The notes beneath the pieces are model-generated. The model was not told the origin of the DNA and searched no databases. It saw only the letters and a program-made list of their open reading frames with translations. From Chiloscyllium plagiosum (lineage: Eukaryota): a stretch of DNA of 64,000 bases. The stretch is from NCBI RefSeq assembly GCF_004010195.1, contig NC_057718.1, forward strand, positions 91,265,916 to 91,329,915, in the 5' to 3' direction. A program made the translations under genes and the position numbers. Below are positions 11,225 through 24,522 of the stretch, piece after piece. Within the stretch, counting starts at the first letter, position 1. Every line of letters begins with the position of its first letter.

Positions 11225-12495
11225 TGACAAGGTTCCACATTGTTGGCTAATTAGTAAAGGTAGGACACATGGGATTCAGGGTGAGCTTGCCAAGTGGATA
11301 CAAAGTTGGCTTTATGGTGGGTGCTGGTGGGAGGATGTTTTTCCAACATGGAGGCCTGTGACTAGCAGTGTTCCACAGGGATCGGTACTAGGTCCACTTT
11401 TGTTTGTAATTTATATAAATGGTTTGGATGAGAATATAGGAGGCATGGATAGTAATTTTTCAGATGACTCCAAAATTTAGTGGATGGTAAAGAAAGTTAT
11501 CTAAAATTACAAAGATATCTTGATCAATTGGGTTAATGGGCTGAGGAGTGGCAGATGGAGTTTAAATTGGACAAATGTGAAGTATTGCATTTTGGTAATA
11601 CAAAAAAGGATAGGACTTATACAATTAATGGTAGAGCCCTGGGTAGTTTTGTAAAATAGAGAGACCCAGGGGTTCAGGTACACAATTTTTTTAAATTTGC
11701 ATCACACGTAGACAGGGTGTTTAAGAAGGCATTTAGCACGCTTGCCTTCTTTGCTTCGACCTTTAAGTATGGAGTTGGATCATCATGTTGAGTTTGTACA
11801 GGACGTTAGTGAGGCCTCTTCTGGAGCACTGTGTACAGGTCTGGTTGCCCTGTTATAGGAAGGATATTATTAAACTAGAGCAGGTAGAGTCATAGAGATG
11901 TACAGCATGGAAACAGACCCTTCAGTCCAACCCGTCCATGCCGACCAGATATCCCAAGCCAATCTAGTCCCATCTTCCAGCACCCAGACCATATCCCTCC
12001 AAACCCTTCCTATTCATACATCCATCCAAATGCCTCTTAAATGTTGTTACTGGGAATGGAGGGTTTGTAATATAAAAATAGACTAGAAAGGCTGGGACAT
12101 TTTTCACTGGAGAGTAGGACGTTGAGGGTTGACCTTATTGAGGTTTAAAAAATCATGAGTGGCAGAGATAAGGTCAAAGACAAGGATCTTTTCCCTAGGC
12201 TGGGGGAGTTCAAAAGTGGGGGCCATATTTTTAAGGTGAGAGGAGAAAGATGTAAAAATGACATGAGGGTAATGTTTTTACACAGTGTAGTTCATGTGTG
12301 GAATAAACTGCCAGAGAAAGTGATGGGTGCAGGTACAGTTACAACATTTAAAAGACATTTGGATAAGTTCATGAATAGGAAAGGTTTGGAGAGATATAGG
12401 CTAAACACAGGCAGTTTAGTTTGGGCACATGGTTGACGTGGACTGGTTGGACCAAAGCATCTCTCTCCATGCTCTATGACTCTGTGACTCTATGA
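11225..12495 (+). mobile_element. CR1 RT and 3' fragment containing an antisense CR1 3'-tail insert (~11886-12048)
   Basis: DKVPH, VPQGSVLGPLLFVIYIN, FSDDSK. Tail ctctatgactctgtgactctatga; the internal gagtcatagagatgtacagcatggaaacagaccc is an inverted CR1 tail. Confidence 0.9.
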
Positions 12496-12678
12496 GTGAG
12501 CGAAGATGTTGCAGGCATTAGTGAGAGCGGTAGAGCAGGAATGGGAGGTTGGTACAGTAGCAGAGACAGAGTGAGCGTCAAGTACCAGAGAGAAATTGTT
12601 GACACTTATGCTGGGGGAGTGGAGAAGGTTTTCCCATAGTGCTGGGAATTAGATCATTACCTTCTTCCGACAGTGTTG

Positions 12679-13440
12679 AATTGAATTGAATTGAATTAGG
12701 TTTATTGGCACATGTACTCACATGATTGCAGTGAAACATTTACAAGTCACCACTTATGGCACCATCTTTGGTACAAAGGTACCTAGGTACAGAATCTTAG
12801 GTACAAAACAGAAGCAAAAGGAAAACAAAGTTTAAAAAGTTGAACATTACAGTTCTTATTAAAAAAAATGAAGAGCAAAGAAACAGTTAACAGTTCAACA
12901 CCACAATCCAAATGCACCTGGCCATGCTGGCTTGCATTCCTCACAAGGCCGCGATTTGCCTCACATTCGGGCTCGACCGTGTGCCCGCTGCTGCCCCGGA
13001 CTGCCTGCTGTTACTGCCTTGCAGTCTATTCCTGTTACTGCTGCAGCCTCAGGCTGGCTGCTCCCACTCTCGACTCTGTCCTCCCTGGGCTACCTGCTCC
13101 TGCTCTTGCCACTGAGCACAACGGGCTGCCTGCTTCCACACTGCCACTAGAGTCCTGCTATAGTCGTGCTTCAGGCCCCTAGCCACTTCCACACTCTGGA
13201 CCTCGAAGAAGTCACAATGCTGCTGACCACCAGAGTTCTTTCTGGGCACACCAGCCTGGTGGCTGACTGACAAAGCCCCCAACTGCTGCTGTCACCGCCA
13301 CTGCCTCCACGACGGAGCTCCCTCCAGAAGGTAAGTTAAGAAAAGAAAATCTAAAAACCTATGGAAGGAAAAGAGCGAGAATCGAAGAAAGAAAGGCAGT
13401 CGGAGTCTAATTTAGGAGCCATCCTTCACCGCCATTTTGA
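12679..13440 (-). mobile_element. Non-autonomous non-LTR retroposon (762 bp) with AATAAA and (TTCAA)n tail
   Basis: TSD AGTGTTG (12672-12678, 13441-13447). 5' end CAAAATGGCGG; 3' end GTACATGTGCCAATAAACCTAA(TTCAA)n; no recognisable ORF. Confidence 0.7.
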
Positions 13441-13974
13441 AGTGTTGGGCATTCCTCCAGTGTCTGAGACTCCGTTTACCCAGCAACCTGTCTGCATTGC
13501 AAGGTGCTGATTTCGCCTTGTTTTACAAGTCTGGGGTAAATGTCAGAAACCGTACACTGTAGCTCTGAACTGACAGTGTTTGCCTGGGTACACAACAGGC
13601 TTTTAAAAAGAGAGCAAGAGCAAGGGATACTGATGAATTCTGGGATATCTGCTCAATGGAGTAATTCTGGGAATAGCATGTGGTAAGATGGGGGCCAGAA
13701 TTGGGCTTGATGGGTACCATAAATATGGGGTAGGCGATTAATTATGCAAGTTTGATAACATATAGTGAGAAATCTCATAAGGCTTTAAGGTGGAAATCTT
13801 CCAAAAATATTGGTATGAGCTAAAATAATATAAAATTCAGTTCTCTGATGTTCTCTGCAATCTGTTGCACCCCATCCTATCTTAGTTTTCCTCTCGGTTG
13901 CTGTTGCTGCTCTGGAAGAGATATAGTCAGATATTTGAGAAGCAACAAAACTAAGAGAAGAAGCCTTTGAGTGG

Positions 13975-14845
13975 ATGAAAACTGAAAGAATTATGGATGT
14001 TGTAAATCAGAAACAAAAACAGAAGTTGCTGGAAAAGCTCAGCAGATCTGGCAGCATCTGTGAAGAGAAATCAAAGATAACATTTTGGGTTCAGTGACCC
14101 TTCCTCAGAATTGATGGTAGCTAGGAAAATGTTGGTTTATATTCAGAAGATAAGGTATGGGGAAGTGGAAAGGAATAAATGATGTGTACAGATAGAGCCC
14201 AAAGAGAGAGAGAAGAAAGTTGGACAGACAAAGGAGTTGAAAACAATCTGGCTGGGAGATTTAATAGCTGTTATTGGAGACTGTTAGTGGCTAACAATAG
14301 GTACTGTGTAATGGCAAACAATGTGATAATAAGGTCAGGTGAGTGTGTGGTAGAGGGCTAGGACATGTCGGAGTTCAGGCCCTAAAATTATTAAATTCAA
14401 TATTGTGTCTGGGGGACTGCAGGGGCCCCAAGCGGAAAATGAGGTGGTGTTCTTCCAGCTTGCACTGAGCTTCAGTGGTGCAATGTAGCAAGCCTAAGGA
14501 GAAAGTGAGGACTGCAGATGCTAGAGATCAGAGTAATCGACTTGGAGAAAGTGAGGATAGTACAAAGATGTTGGCCAGGGAACATGGTGGTGTGTTAAGG
14601 TGGCAGGCAACTAGAAGCTGAGGGTCTTTTCTGCAGGCAGAACATGAATGTTCTACGTAGCAATTACCCAGTCTACGCATTGTATCCCTATTGTAGAGGA
14701 GACTGCATTGCTAGCAGCAAATGCAGTAGCCTAGATTGTATGAAGTGCAGATAAAGTGCTACTTCACCTGGAAGGTGTGTCTGAGCCCTTGCATACTGAG
14801 GAGGTAGGAGTAAATGGGCAGCTAGACACTTTTGCAGTTGCAGTC
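13975..14845 (-). mobile_element. PLE family 3: decayed GIY-YIG endonuclease plus pLTR; contains a small family-1 insert (~14498-14558)
   Basis: Minus-strand CTSYNLGYCIC..CSLLY and KLEEHHLIFRLGPLQ. Hammerhead-like CTGAGGAAGGGTCACTGAACCCAAAATGTT at ~14079-14108. Confidence 0.8.
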
Positions 14846-15658
14846 ACAATATACTGATACTGTGCAGATGGCTCAAACTGAAAGCTTACCAAAGGCTGCA
14901 AATGCACAGATTATTGAAATATGAAAGGAACTGGCTAACAAATCCTCCATAACATAAATCAATTCAAGAAAGATGTTGCTGATGCCACACTAAAGACATT
15001 TCTAATTATTGATGTTGCTTGGTTATTCTGGAGCAGTGGGTGGATATTATGTATGGTTGGGGAAGAGACTGTTTATAATGTATAAACCCACTAGATGTGG
15101 GTTTGAGATGAATCTGTGTATGATGTTGGTAGAAAAGTGATGATAACAATATGTGTATGTGATGTAGGGAGTGAGCGGCTGACAAGAATGTATTTATGGT
15201 GTTGGGGGAGAGGGGCTGATTAATTGTTGGTTTTGGATGGGAGAGGTTGACCATGTTACATGTCGAGTGCTGGGGGAGTAGAGGCTGATTACAATGTGCA
15301 TATGCTGTTAGGGGTGAGGGACTGATTACAACGTATATGTTGTGTTAGTGGGGAAGGGCTAATTACAATGGCCTGAATTGTATAAAATTTGGCTGTCAGT
15401 TGTATTCCAAGAAGGTTTCTCTCCAGAAGACCAAGCAAGTGTTGCAATCATCCAAAACTTGCTTCATCAACTACCTACCATTAATTAGGCATTGCTAATG
15501 TCTGATGTTAGCCTGATTTTACCACTTGTCATAGCCATAAATACTCATCACTGCTGCGATCTTTGGTGATGGCACCATCTTTAAAAGATTCTGTGCACTG
15601 GACAAGCTCTATCAGTTGCACAGTTCATGATGTTTGCCTTATATATGACAAAGGCTAA

Positions 15659-15845
15659 ATGCCACCCTGCTGTGCGGACAGTGACTTTGAGATCCTGGTG
15701 GATTGGGTGATGCAGAGGAGGTCTGTTCTCTTCTCCCAGAAATGGCAATGCAACCAGACCTTGCCAGCCTTGTCTAATGTTGCCACCAGTATAGTTGTCT
15801 CGAGGAATGCTCATTGGTGTAGAAAGAATGTCACCAGGCTCATAG
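15659..15845 (+). mobile_element. Decayed Myb/SANT-like ORF of a PIF/Harbinger transposon
   Basis: DSDFEILVDWVMQRRSVLF...TLPALSNVA...RNAHWCRKNVTRL fits the Harbinger Myb/SANT pattern (F...LE.LV..V..R..VLF...W..VA...R...QCRKK..DL) with key residues mutated. Confidence 0.55.
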
Positions 15846-16384
15846 TGCCCATCTATTCTTGGTTACCGCACATTCACCCTATAACTTCTGCTGCACCAAC
15901 CTCATCAAAAATCATAGTCTACCACTCTCAGTGCTGCATGCAATATCATTTCCCACTTGCTCTAACGCATCTAATTCTCCTTCACACTATTAATCCTGCA
16001 TGGCCTCTAGGTGATGTGGTGCCGACTTCTAGCTCCTCACTCTCTACAAGAAGAGGATCCTGACCCTGACAACCCTGAGGGACTGGCTGACTATGCCCAC
16101 CCTCTGATATCAGAGGCTGCCGTTGAGTTACTGTGCTGGGTCCCTGTCCAAAGGGTGCCACCCTTAACTTGACTGAGGAGATGGAATTGAGAGGTGGCTA
16201 TTTGGTTGGAACACATGCATTGTATTTACCTGTAAGCTGCTGACACATGGTCCGGGTGTGAGATTGACATAGAATAGTGCAGCATACAATATGATTAACC
16301 TCTTGACTGATTACTACAGGTAACAGTGTTAAGTTGCCCGGTTTTATGTCTGTGCTAGGCAGCAAGGCAAGACAAAGGTACTGA

Positions 16385-16520
16385 AGTTCTGAAGAATGGT
16401 CACTGTACTCACAATATTAATACTGTTTTCTCTTCACAAATGCCTCCAGACCTGCTGAATTTTTCCAGCAATTTCTATTTTTGTTTGTTTCAGTTCTCCA
16501 GCATCCACTGTTCTTTGTCA
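16385..16520 (+). mobile_element. PLE family 3 pLTR fragment (old)
   Basis: GTTCTGAAGAATGGTCACT...TCTCTTCACAAATGCCTCCAGACCTGCTGAATTTTTCCAGCAATTTC matches 13980-14110 and 36118-36257 in reverse. Confidence 0.65.
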
Positions 16521-17909
16521 AAAGTACTGTGGGCCTGGTCACTTTGGCTTAGGGGGCAAAGCATGAAAAGGCAAGTAAAGGCATGGCATGGATGCTATGA
16601 CCATCAAGATGGACTGAAAATGAGTGAGCACTCAAGGAATAAGCAAGTAGTCTGAGATGTAACCTGTAACTTTCTGTGAACTGGGTAGTGCTTGTTGAAG
16701 CGTGCAGAGTGTCCTTGCAGCACTTTGCAATGATAGCTACTAGTGTGCCCAAAAGTGTAAGTGGTTTGAATATGTGTCATTAAGGTGCAGAGAGGTCGGT
16801 ACGTTTTAGATGCCAGAGTCCATGGAAATGGAGTGAATGCATCCTTTGCCCATGGAGCATCCTCTGAGATGTTGATGCTGGATGTCCAAGATAGAGACAG
16901 GAGAAGCAAAGCTACAAAGTGCTTTCACCAGGTTCTACTCTGACTTCTATATTGGAAATTCTCAGCATCTGCTTGCTAGGCAGCAGGTAGTAGATTAGCA
17001 ACCTGCATTGTAACGAGGTGAGATAAGACAATAATGAGTGAGATAATTAAAAATATGTTTGTTAATAGGCTTCTCACCTCTTTTGAGTGAGAATCTCATC
17101 TTGACATCCAGGACTGTGTTGGAAAATGTGATTTGTTGCTCCCAACTTTGAGAAAGGCCTCATTAAACTTCTCAAGCAATGCTCCCAAAGTTTTCATCTT
17201 TGCCCATGCCATTTACAGCTTGACATCATTCTACCCAATATGTTTGTAGTTACATGAAGCTAAAGAAATAATGTTTGTTTTATATTTTAGATGAGATAAT
17301 GCTTAGAATTAAATTAATTCATGATTGGTTGTCAGGTTTTCAATTGGATACTCCTCTCTAGATTCATAATTTCGTAAGTTTGACTCATTCAAAATCAACT
17401 GCATTACTTCACATTATTACATGATCCCAGTTTAGAAAGAGAGTAAAATATTGAAAGTGAAAAGATTCAATAGCATTGTATGTATTCAGTCTTTGGCATT
17501 TGAGCCATCAAACTGCTGTCATTGGAGAGAGACAACCAGTAGTGCTTTACTGTGAGGGTCACCACATTTCAGGCAGGGGCAGAGATTGAGAAAGCGAGTC
17601 CTTCATGATAACCTCAGCCAGTGCAGGAATTTGAACCCATGCTGTTGGCGTCACATATCAGCCATCCAGCAAACTGACGTAATGCCCTACTCTCCATTAC
17701 CAGGAAACTTATCCTGTGAAACCTCATGAGACTCCTTTTCCCAAACTCTGAGGAAATCTTCATAAAAGCCAATATGACTTCCAATCAAACCTATGGACAT
17801 GATCTTCACTACTCGACAATTTCAAGAGAAATCCCAGGAACAATACGAACCATTCTACATGGACTTCATTGATCTGACCGAAGCTTTTTACTCAGTCAGT
17901 TGGGAAGTC

Positions 17910-19860
17910 TTTTTTGCCTTGTGGGATGTAGATGTTGCTGGCTGGCCAGCATTTATTGCCTGTCCCTAGCTGCCCAGCTGTGGTAAGCTATCTTCTTGAA
18001 CTGCTGCAGTCCATGTGTTGTGCATCCTGTCTGCAATGCCCTTTGGGAGAGAATTTTAGGATGTTGCCCCAGTGACAATGAAGGAATGGCGACATATTTT
18101 CAGATGAGTGGCTTGGAGGGGAAATTGCAGATTGTGTTGTGTTTATGTATCTGCTGCCCTTGTCCTTCTAGGTGGAAGTGGTTGTGGGTTTAGAAGGTGC
18201 TGTATAAGGTATTTGGTGAATTTCTGCAGTGCATCTCGTAGATAGTACACACTGCTGCAACTGAATATCAAAGTGGATGTTTGTGGATGTGGTGCCAATC
18301 AAGTCGGCTGCTTTGTCTTGAATCATGTCAAGCTTCTTAAGTGTTATTGGAGCTGCACTCATCCAGGCAAGTGGGGAGTATACCATCACACTTCTAACTT
18401 GTGCCTTGCAGATGATGGATAGGCTTTGAGGAATCAAGAAGTGAGTTACTCACCGCAGTATTCATTGGGTCTGACCTGCTCTTGTAGCCACTGTGTTTAT
18501 GTGGTGAGTCCAATTGAATTTTTGGTCAATGATAATCATAGGAGTAGAGGATTCGGTGATGGTAACACCATTAAATGTGAAAGGGTGGTGGTTAGACTGT
18601 TGTTTATTGGAGATGCCATTATCTGGCATTTTTGTGGAATGAATGTTACTTGCCACTGGTCAGTCCAAGCCTGGATATTGTCCAGATCTTGTTGCATTTG
18701 AACACGGATTGCTTCAGTATTTGAGGAGTTGTGAATGGTATTGAACCTTATGCAATCATCGGCAAACATCCCTACTTCTGACCTTATGATGGAGGCAAGG
18801 TCATTGATGAAATAACTGAAGATGGTTGGGCACAGACACTACCCTGAGGAATTCCTGCAGAGATGGCATGAAGCTAAAATGACTGACCTCCAACAACCAC
18901 AGCCATCTTCCTATGTGCCAGGTATGACTCTACCCACTGAAGTTGCCCCCGATGCCCATTGATTGCTCAGGGTCCTTAGTGCCACACTCGGTTGAATGTA
19001 GCCTCGATGTCTAGGGCTGTCATTCTTGTCTAACCTCTCAAATTCAGCTCTTTTGTCCATGTTCAAACCAAGCTGTATTGAGGTGAGGAGCTGGGTGGCC
19101 CTGGTGGAACCCAAACTGGGCATCACTCAACAGATTATTGCTGAGTAGGTGATTGCTTGATAGCACTGTTGATCACACCTTCCATCACTTTACTGATGAT
19201 CGAGAGTAGACTGATGGGGCGATATTTGGCCGGGTTGGATTTGAACTGCATTTTGTGTACAGGATACACTTGAGCAATTTTCCTTATTGTTGGTAGATGG
19301 CAGTGTTGTAACTGTACTGGAACAGCTTAGTTTGGGGAGCAGCAAGTTCTGGAACATATGTCTTCAGTACTATTGCTGGACTGTTAAGAGGGCCCATAGC
19401 CTTTGCAGATTCAGTGACTCCAACTATTTCTTGATATCATGTGGAGTGAATCAAATTGGCTGAAGACTGGTATCTGTGATAATGGGGGACCATTGGAGGA
19501 AGCCAAGATGGATCATCCACTCAGCACTTCTGGCTGAAGATTGCTGAAAATGCTTCAGCCTTACCTTTTGCACTGATGTGCTGGACTCCTCCATCATTGG
19601 GGATATTTGTGGACCCTTCTCCTCCTCCGGTGAGTTGTTTAATTGTCCCCCACCATTCACAACTGGATGTAGCGGGACTGCAGAGCTTAGATCTGATGTG
19701 TGGAATTACTTAGCTCTGTCCATCACTTGCTGCTTAGCTGTTGGTACACAAGTCATTTTGTTAGGTGTCCTCACCAGAGTGAGCCTTCATTTTTAGGTAT
19801 ACCTGGTGCTGTTCCTGGCATGCCCTCCTGCAGTCTCCACTAAACCAGGGTCGATCTCCA
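17910..19860 (-). mobile_element. CR1/L2-group LINE RT and 3' end, inserted into the RTE
   Basis: MFADD, MQQDLDNIQAW, KAQVRSVMVYSPLAW, LKKLDMIQDKAA. Tail GGCAATAAATGCTGGCCAGCCAGC...CATCCCAC then A-rich. Confidence 0.88.
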
Positions 19861-20939
19861 GGTATGAAAGTGCTATGGTAGACTCTTCCAAAGGGCTAGC
19901 TGTCCAGTGAAATTCATCAACATCATCCATCTCCTCTACAACAAGACGTCAGCAATGGTCTTCACTGATGATAATGACAGAATCCTTTGAGGTCAAGACA
20001 GGAGCCAACCAGAGATGTGTCATCACTCTCATTGTTCTCTCCATCTTCATCTCCACCACTTTTCTTTTTATCAAGAGCAAACTTCCCAGTCGTATGGACA
20101 TTGTCTGCAGAATGGACAGAAAATCTTTCACCCTTAACTGGTTCAAATCCAAGAAGAAAAAGACACTGACATTTCTTGTGGCATTTTAGCATGTGAACAA
20201 CAATGTCATTTCTGCTGTCTCAGAACAGAATCTTGAAACCTCTCTTAATGCCTTTACAGAAGCATGCCGAAGAATTGATCTCAGCCTTATCCTCAAGAAG
20301 GCTCAAATCCTTTTAGCAACTTGTCTTAGGTCAGGTTTTTTCTATTAAGATCAATGTGAAAATCCTCCCAAATGTGGAACATTTCCCTTATCTGGGAAGT
20401 TACCTCTCATCTAAGGTTGACATTGTTATGAAGATTCAACATCGCAACCAATCTGTGAGTAACACCTTTGGATGCCTAAGGATGAGAGTTTTCACCGACT
20501 GTGACATCCATGCTGATACCAAGATCCTTGAGTGTAAGGCAGTCATCCTTCTGAGTCTTTGATACATCTCTAAAACTTGGACTATATATAGATGCCACCT
20601 CAACACCCTTACAAAATACTATCAAAGATGCTTGAGACAGATTCTCCATATCAGCTGGGAGATCAAGCAGACTAACATCAGTGTTCTGAAGCAACCAATA
20701 GCACCAGTATTGAGATCATGATCATTTGAAACCAACTCCACTGAACTGACAAAGTGCTTAGGATGCCTGAGTTCCAACTGCCAAAGCAAATCTTCTTCGC
20801 TCAGCTCAAGAGAAGTACTCAAATGGGAGGAGGACAAAGAAAGCATTTCAAAGACTTCCTGAAGACTTCTCTCAAGAAGTGCAATATAGGTGTCAACACA
20901 TGGGAGGACTTCGTTCAAAAGAAACCAACTTGGAGAAAT

Positions 20940-21790
20940 TCAGGACTTATACACTTAATGATAAGGTCCGAGGGAGTGTTGCTGAACAAAGAGACCTTGG
21001 AGTGCAGGTTCATAGCTCCTTGAAAGTGGAGTCGCACGTAGATAGGATAGTGAAGAAGGCGTTTGGTATGCTTTCTTTTATTGGTCAGAGTATTGAGTAC
21101 AGGAGTTGGGAGGTCATGTTGTGGCTGTACAGGACATTGGTTAGGCCACTGTTGGAATATTGCATGCAGTTCTGGTCTCCTTCCTATCGGAAAGATGTTG
21201 TGAAACCTGAAAGGGTTCAGAAAAGATTTACAGAGATGTTGCCAGGGTTGGAGGATTTGAGCTAAAGGGAGATGCTGAACAGGCTGGGGCTGTTTTCCCT
21301 GGAGTGTCGGAGGCTGAGGGGTGACCTTATAGAGGTTTACAAAATTATGTTAAAAATCACACAACACCAGGTTATAGTCCAACAGGTTTAATTGGAAGCA
21401 CGCTAGCTTTCGGAGCGTCGCTCCTTCGTCAGGTGATTGTGGAGGGCTCGATCGTAACACAGAATTTATAGCAAAAATTTGCAGTGAACTGAAATTATAC
21501 ATTGAAGAATTGATTGTCTGTTAAGCCTTTCATCTGTTAGAATACAGTGATAGTTTTATACTTTTTCACACAGAGGGTGGTATGTGGATGGAATGAGCTG
21601 CCAGAGGATGTGGTGGAGGCAGGAACTATTGTAACATTTAAGAGGCATTTGGATGGGTATATGAATAGGAAGGGTTTGGAGGGATGTGAGCCAGGTGCTG
21701 GCAGGTGAGACTAGATTGGGTTGGGATATCTGGTTGGCATGGACGGGTTGGACTGGTGGGTCTGTTTCCGTGCTGTACATCTCTATGATT
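20940..21790 (+). mobile_element. CR1 3' fragment inserted into the RTE
   Basis: EQRDLGVQVHSSLK, LYRTLVRPLLEYCMQFWSP, ERVQKRFT. Tail gtttccgtgctgtacatctctatgattct. Confidence 0.92.
21349..21556 (-). mobile_element. PLE family 2 terminal fragment inside CR1, with hammerhead core at 21401-21435
   Basis: Reverse complement of 26020-26195. Reads CTGACGAA-GGAGC-GAC-GCTCC-GAAAGCTA. Confidence 0.8.
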
Positions 21791-23162
21791 CTGTGTACGG
21801 ATGCAATTCTTCAAGAACAACTTTCAGCAAAAAGAAGTACGGTAAAGGAACTGGACAAAAGAATGCCAATAATCTCAAGGCCAAGGACCAATTCCACCTC
21901 CTAGAAAAACCTGCCAAATGTGTAGTCCGAGTTGCAGCTCCAAGATCAGGTTCAACAGCCACACAAGGACCCACAGAACCCATGACCAAAGACACAGAAT
22001 TTCTTAGGTAGACATTCATGCTCATTAGTGAGTTAATGCCGATGATTTGTGCCACTTTTTCTATCTAAAGAAGAAAACTGTAAAAAAGTTCGACACAAAT
22101 GTAAAAGACAATGTTACTACATGATTGTATTTCCAATACAAGAATTGGTGAGAATGAAAATGTAGCTCCTGAAGACAAAAATATTGCCATTGACAATCAA
22201 AAAGTGGTGCACAAGAAAGACTCTCAAAGTGCCATCAAAGAAAAACTTTGATCCCTGATCAGGATTCTTGGTGGAGGTTTGTAACCCAAACCAAACCCAC
22301 AACCTTTGATAACTACTTCCTGAAATTGGAAAGCCCCAAGAATGGAGTTGTGAATCTCAGAATAGGGGGCTGCCAACTGCTTTGAAGGGACTCCTGAGTC
22401 ATCCGAGCTCCATAAAAATTCAGGCCATAATACCTAATTCTGCTTTTAATCAATAGTGCAGCCAAGAAGTTGTACTGAGTCTGCCAATGGTCTTGGAAAT
22501 CCCAATCCAATTTTCTCAAAGAATTTTATAATGTTTAATGAATTATTTCATGCCCTGTCTGAAAACTGGTTGCTGAAAGCAAGATAGACAATGACATGCT
22601 CAGCGTGTTAATAGAAAAGCCATGATGGTTGTCCTCAGATTGTATTGTCTGAACTGCGGTAAAATGATGGGATGGGGTAAATTCCAAGACTTTTTAAATG
22701 ATCTTGGTTTAATATGACTATTTATTAGTGTGTCTACATGTGTCGCAGTGAAATATCTTTCATGTTTTCTTGCTGAATAATTTAAATAAATAAGTGTAAT
22801 ATTCTCAATTACTCACTATTAATGTGAACTAAATGTGTATATCAATGCAAGAACGACAAGTAATATTCAGTCCATTCAGATAAACAATACAATGAGCTAC
22901 TCACAGTCATCTAAGCTGCCATTTGCCAATAATTTTATCCACATCATTAAAGCTGATTAGTTAAATTCCCACTAATATATGCTTTGCAAAAACAACTATT
23001 GTACGACTAATTGTTTTTACTACACTCATATGGTACTTCAACTGTGCAACATCACAACCATAGTTTATGATGTTCTCTGAATCATTTAGTGATAAACTTT
23101 AAGTGGAATTTTTAAGGAATTATTAGTTTTTCACCTATATTTTGTTTTACTAATTACTACAG

Positions 23163-23302
23163 GACAAAGACTACTGTGTTATCACAGTACCTCATCTCAT
23201 CCCAGAATTCCCTTTGCTAAGGGACTTTGTCCGTGTTGTGCCCTACAGCAAGACTACGTTATATCATGAGCTATATGTCACTCATCGCAAAGGCTTGTTA
23301 AA
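23163..23302 (+). CDS. CFAP61: CFAP61 internal coding exon (140 nt): DKDYCVITVPHLIPEFPLLRDFVRVVPYSKTTLYHELYVTHRKGLL(K)
   Basis: tacAG acceptor and GTAAGG donor; stop-free. Recognisable CFAP61 peptide; phase-2 end matches the next exon. Confidence 0.93.
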
Positions 23303-24179
23303 GTAAGGACCCTTCAAAAACCAATTTACTGTGCTTTCTTACTTTCTGAATAAGTAGGAAAATGTACCACTTGGTGTGCTGTTAAATCATAGTCCACAGG
23401 TTGTTACATGTGTGATTATTAGTGGATGTTGATCTCAAACAGGCCATCAGTTCACACACTAGAACTGGCCTCAAAATTTTGAAAATAGGGAGATTAAAAA
23501 GAAGTTGGAGGTCTTGACCCTTACAAATGACCCCTGTTGGAAAATACACAGATTCAGAAGTTAGCTGATGCTAGGTTTGGCTTGCAGTAATGTCCTTTGC
23601 AGTTAGAAAGCCTGTCAGCACTCACCATCTCAGCAGAGGAATGAAAGATCACCTCTTGACTGAGGTGTCAGCCAACAGTCTGTGCACAAGGAACTGCATC
23701 CTAACTAGAGGCTGGTGTTTTCAAGATGGAAGGTGAGAACATTAGAACAAAAATATCATTTTGAAGAATGATGAAATTTTGGTTTGAAAATGAGCAGATT
23801 AGCTTGTGGTGCATTGAATTAATGTTGTGGTGTGGTAGAAGATAACTTGAATTTCAAACTTTTACAAAGTGAGTTTATGATATCTGTAAAGCAATTAAGG
23901 GAATCAGTGTATCTGGGTGCCTAAAACCTGGTCTTATGGTTTATTCATGTGGCTTATGCGGAATATTGAGAGTCTGTGGCCACCACCCCCTCACGCTTTC
24001 ATCTCTAGATCTGGAAATTGTAAGTACAATGACATGAAAATGTTTTATTGAATGGAAAGTTTAAACCACTTAACACATTAGAGAAAAATGTTCTGATAAA
24101 TTAATGTATAATCGGCAAACTATGGATAATTGATGTATCAAAGAAATTATATTTTTAGCAATATGGAGTTTTTTTACAA

Positions 24180-24522
24180 TCAATCACGGAATCTGTACAG
24201 TGCAAATAGAGGATGTTCCAACCATCAAGTCTGCACTGGCCCTCCGAAAAGCATCCCCAAATCCACCCTATCCCTACATTTACCATGGCTAACCCACTCA
24301 GCCTGCACATCCCTGAACACTATCAGACAATCTAGCATGGACAATCCACTTTGCCAGCAGATTTTTGAATTGTGGGAGGAAGCTGAAGCACCTGGCAGAA
24401 AGCCACACATAACTGGGGAGAATGTGCAATCTTCACACAAACAGTTACTCACGGCTGGAATTGAACCCAGATCCCTAGTGCTGGAAGGCAGCAGTGCCAA
24501 CCACAGAGCCAACATGCTGTCC
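24180..24522 (-). mobile_element. HE1/V-SINE (diverged)
   Basis: Homology to the other HE1 copies. Confidence 0.85.

Larger units (their letters stand above)
17700..22050 (+). mobile_element. RTE-clade LINE (RT to C-terminal CxxC..H..H finger) in three pieces: ~17700-17909, ~19865-20938, ~21795-22050
   Basis: DMIFTTRQFQEK...FIDLTEAF, FEVKTG, VEHFPYLGS, QRCLRQILHISW, LRMPEFQLPKQIFFAQL, GGQRKHFKD, CQMCSPSCSSKIRFNSHTRTH. Confidence 0.85.
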
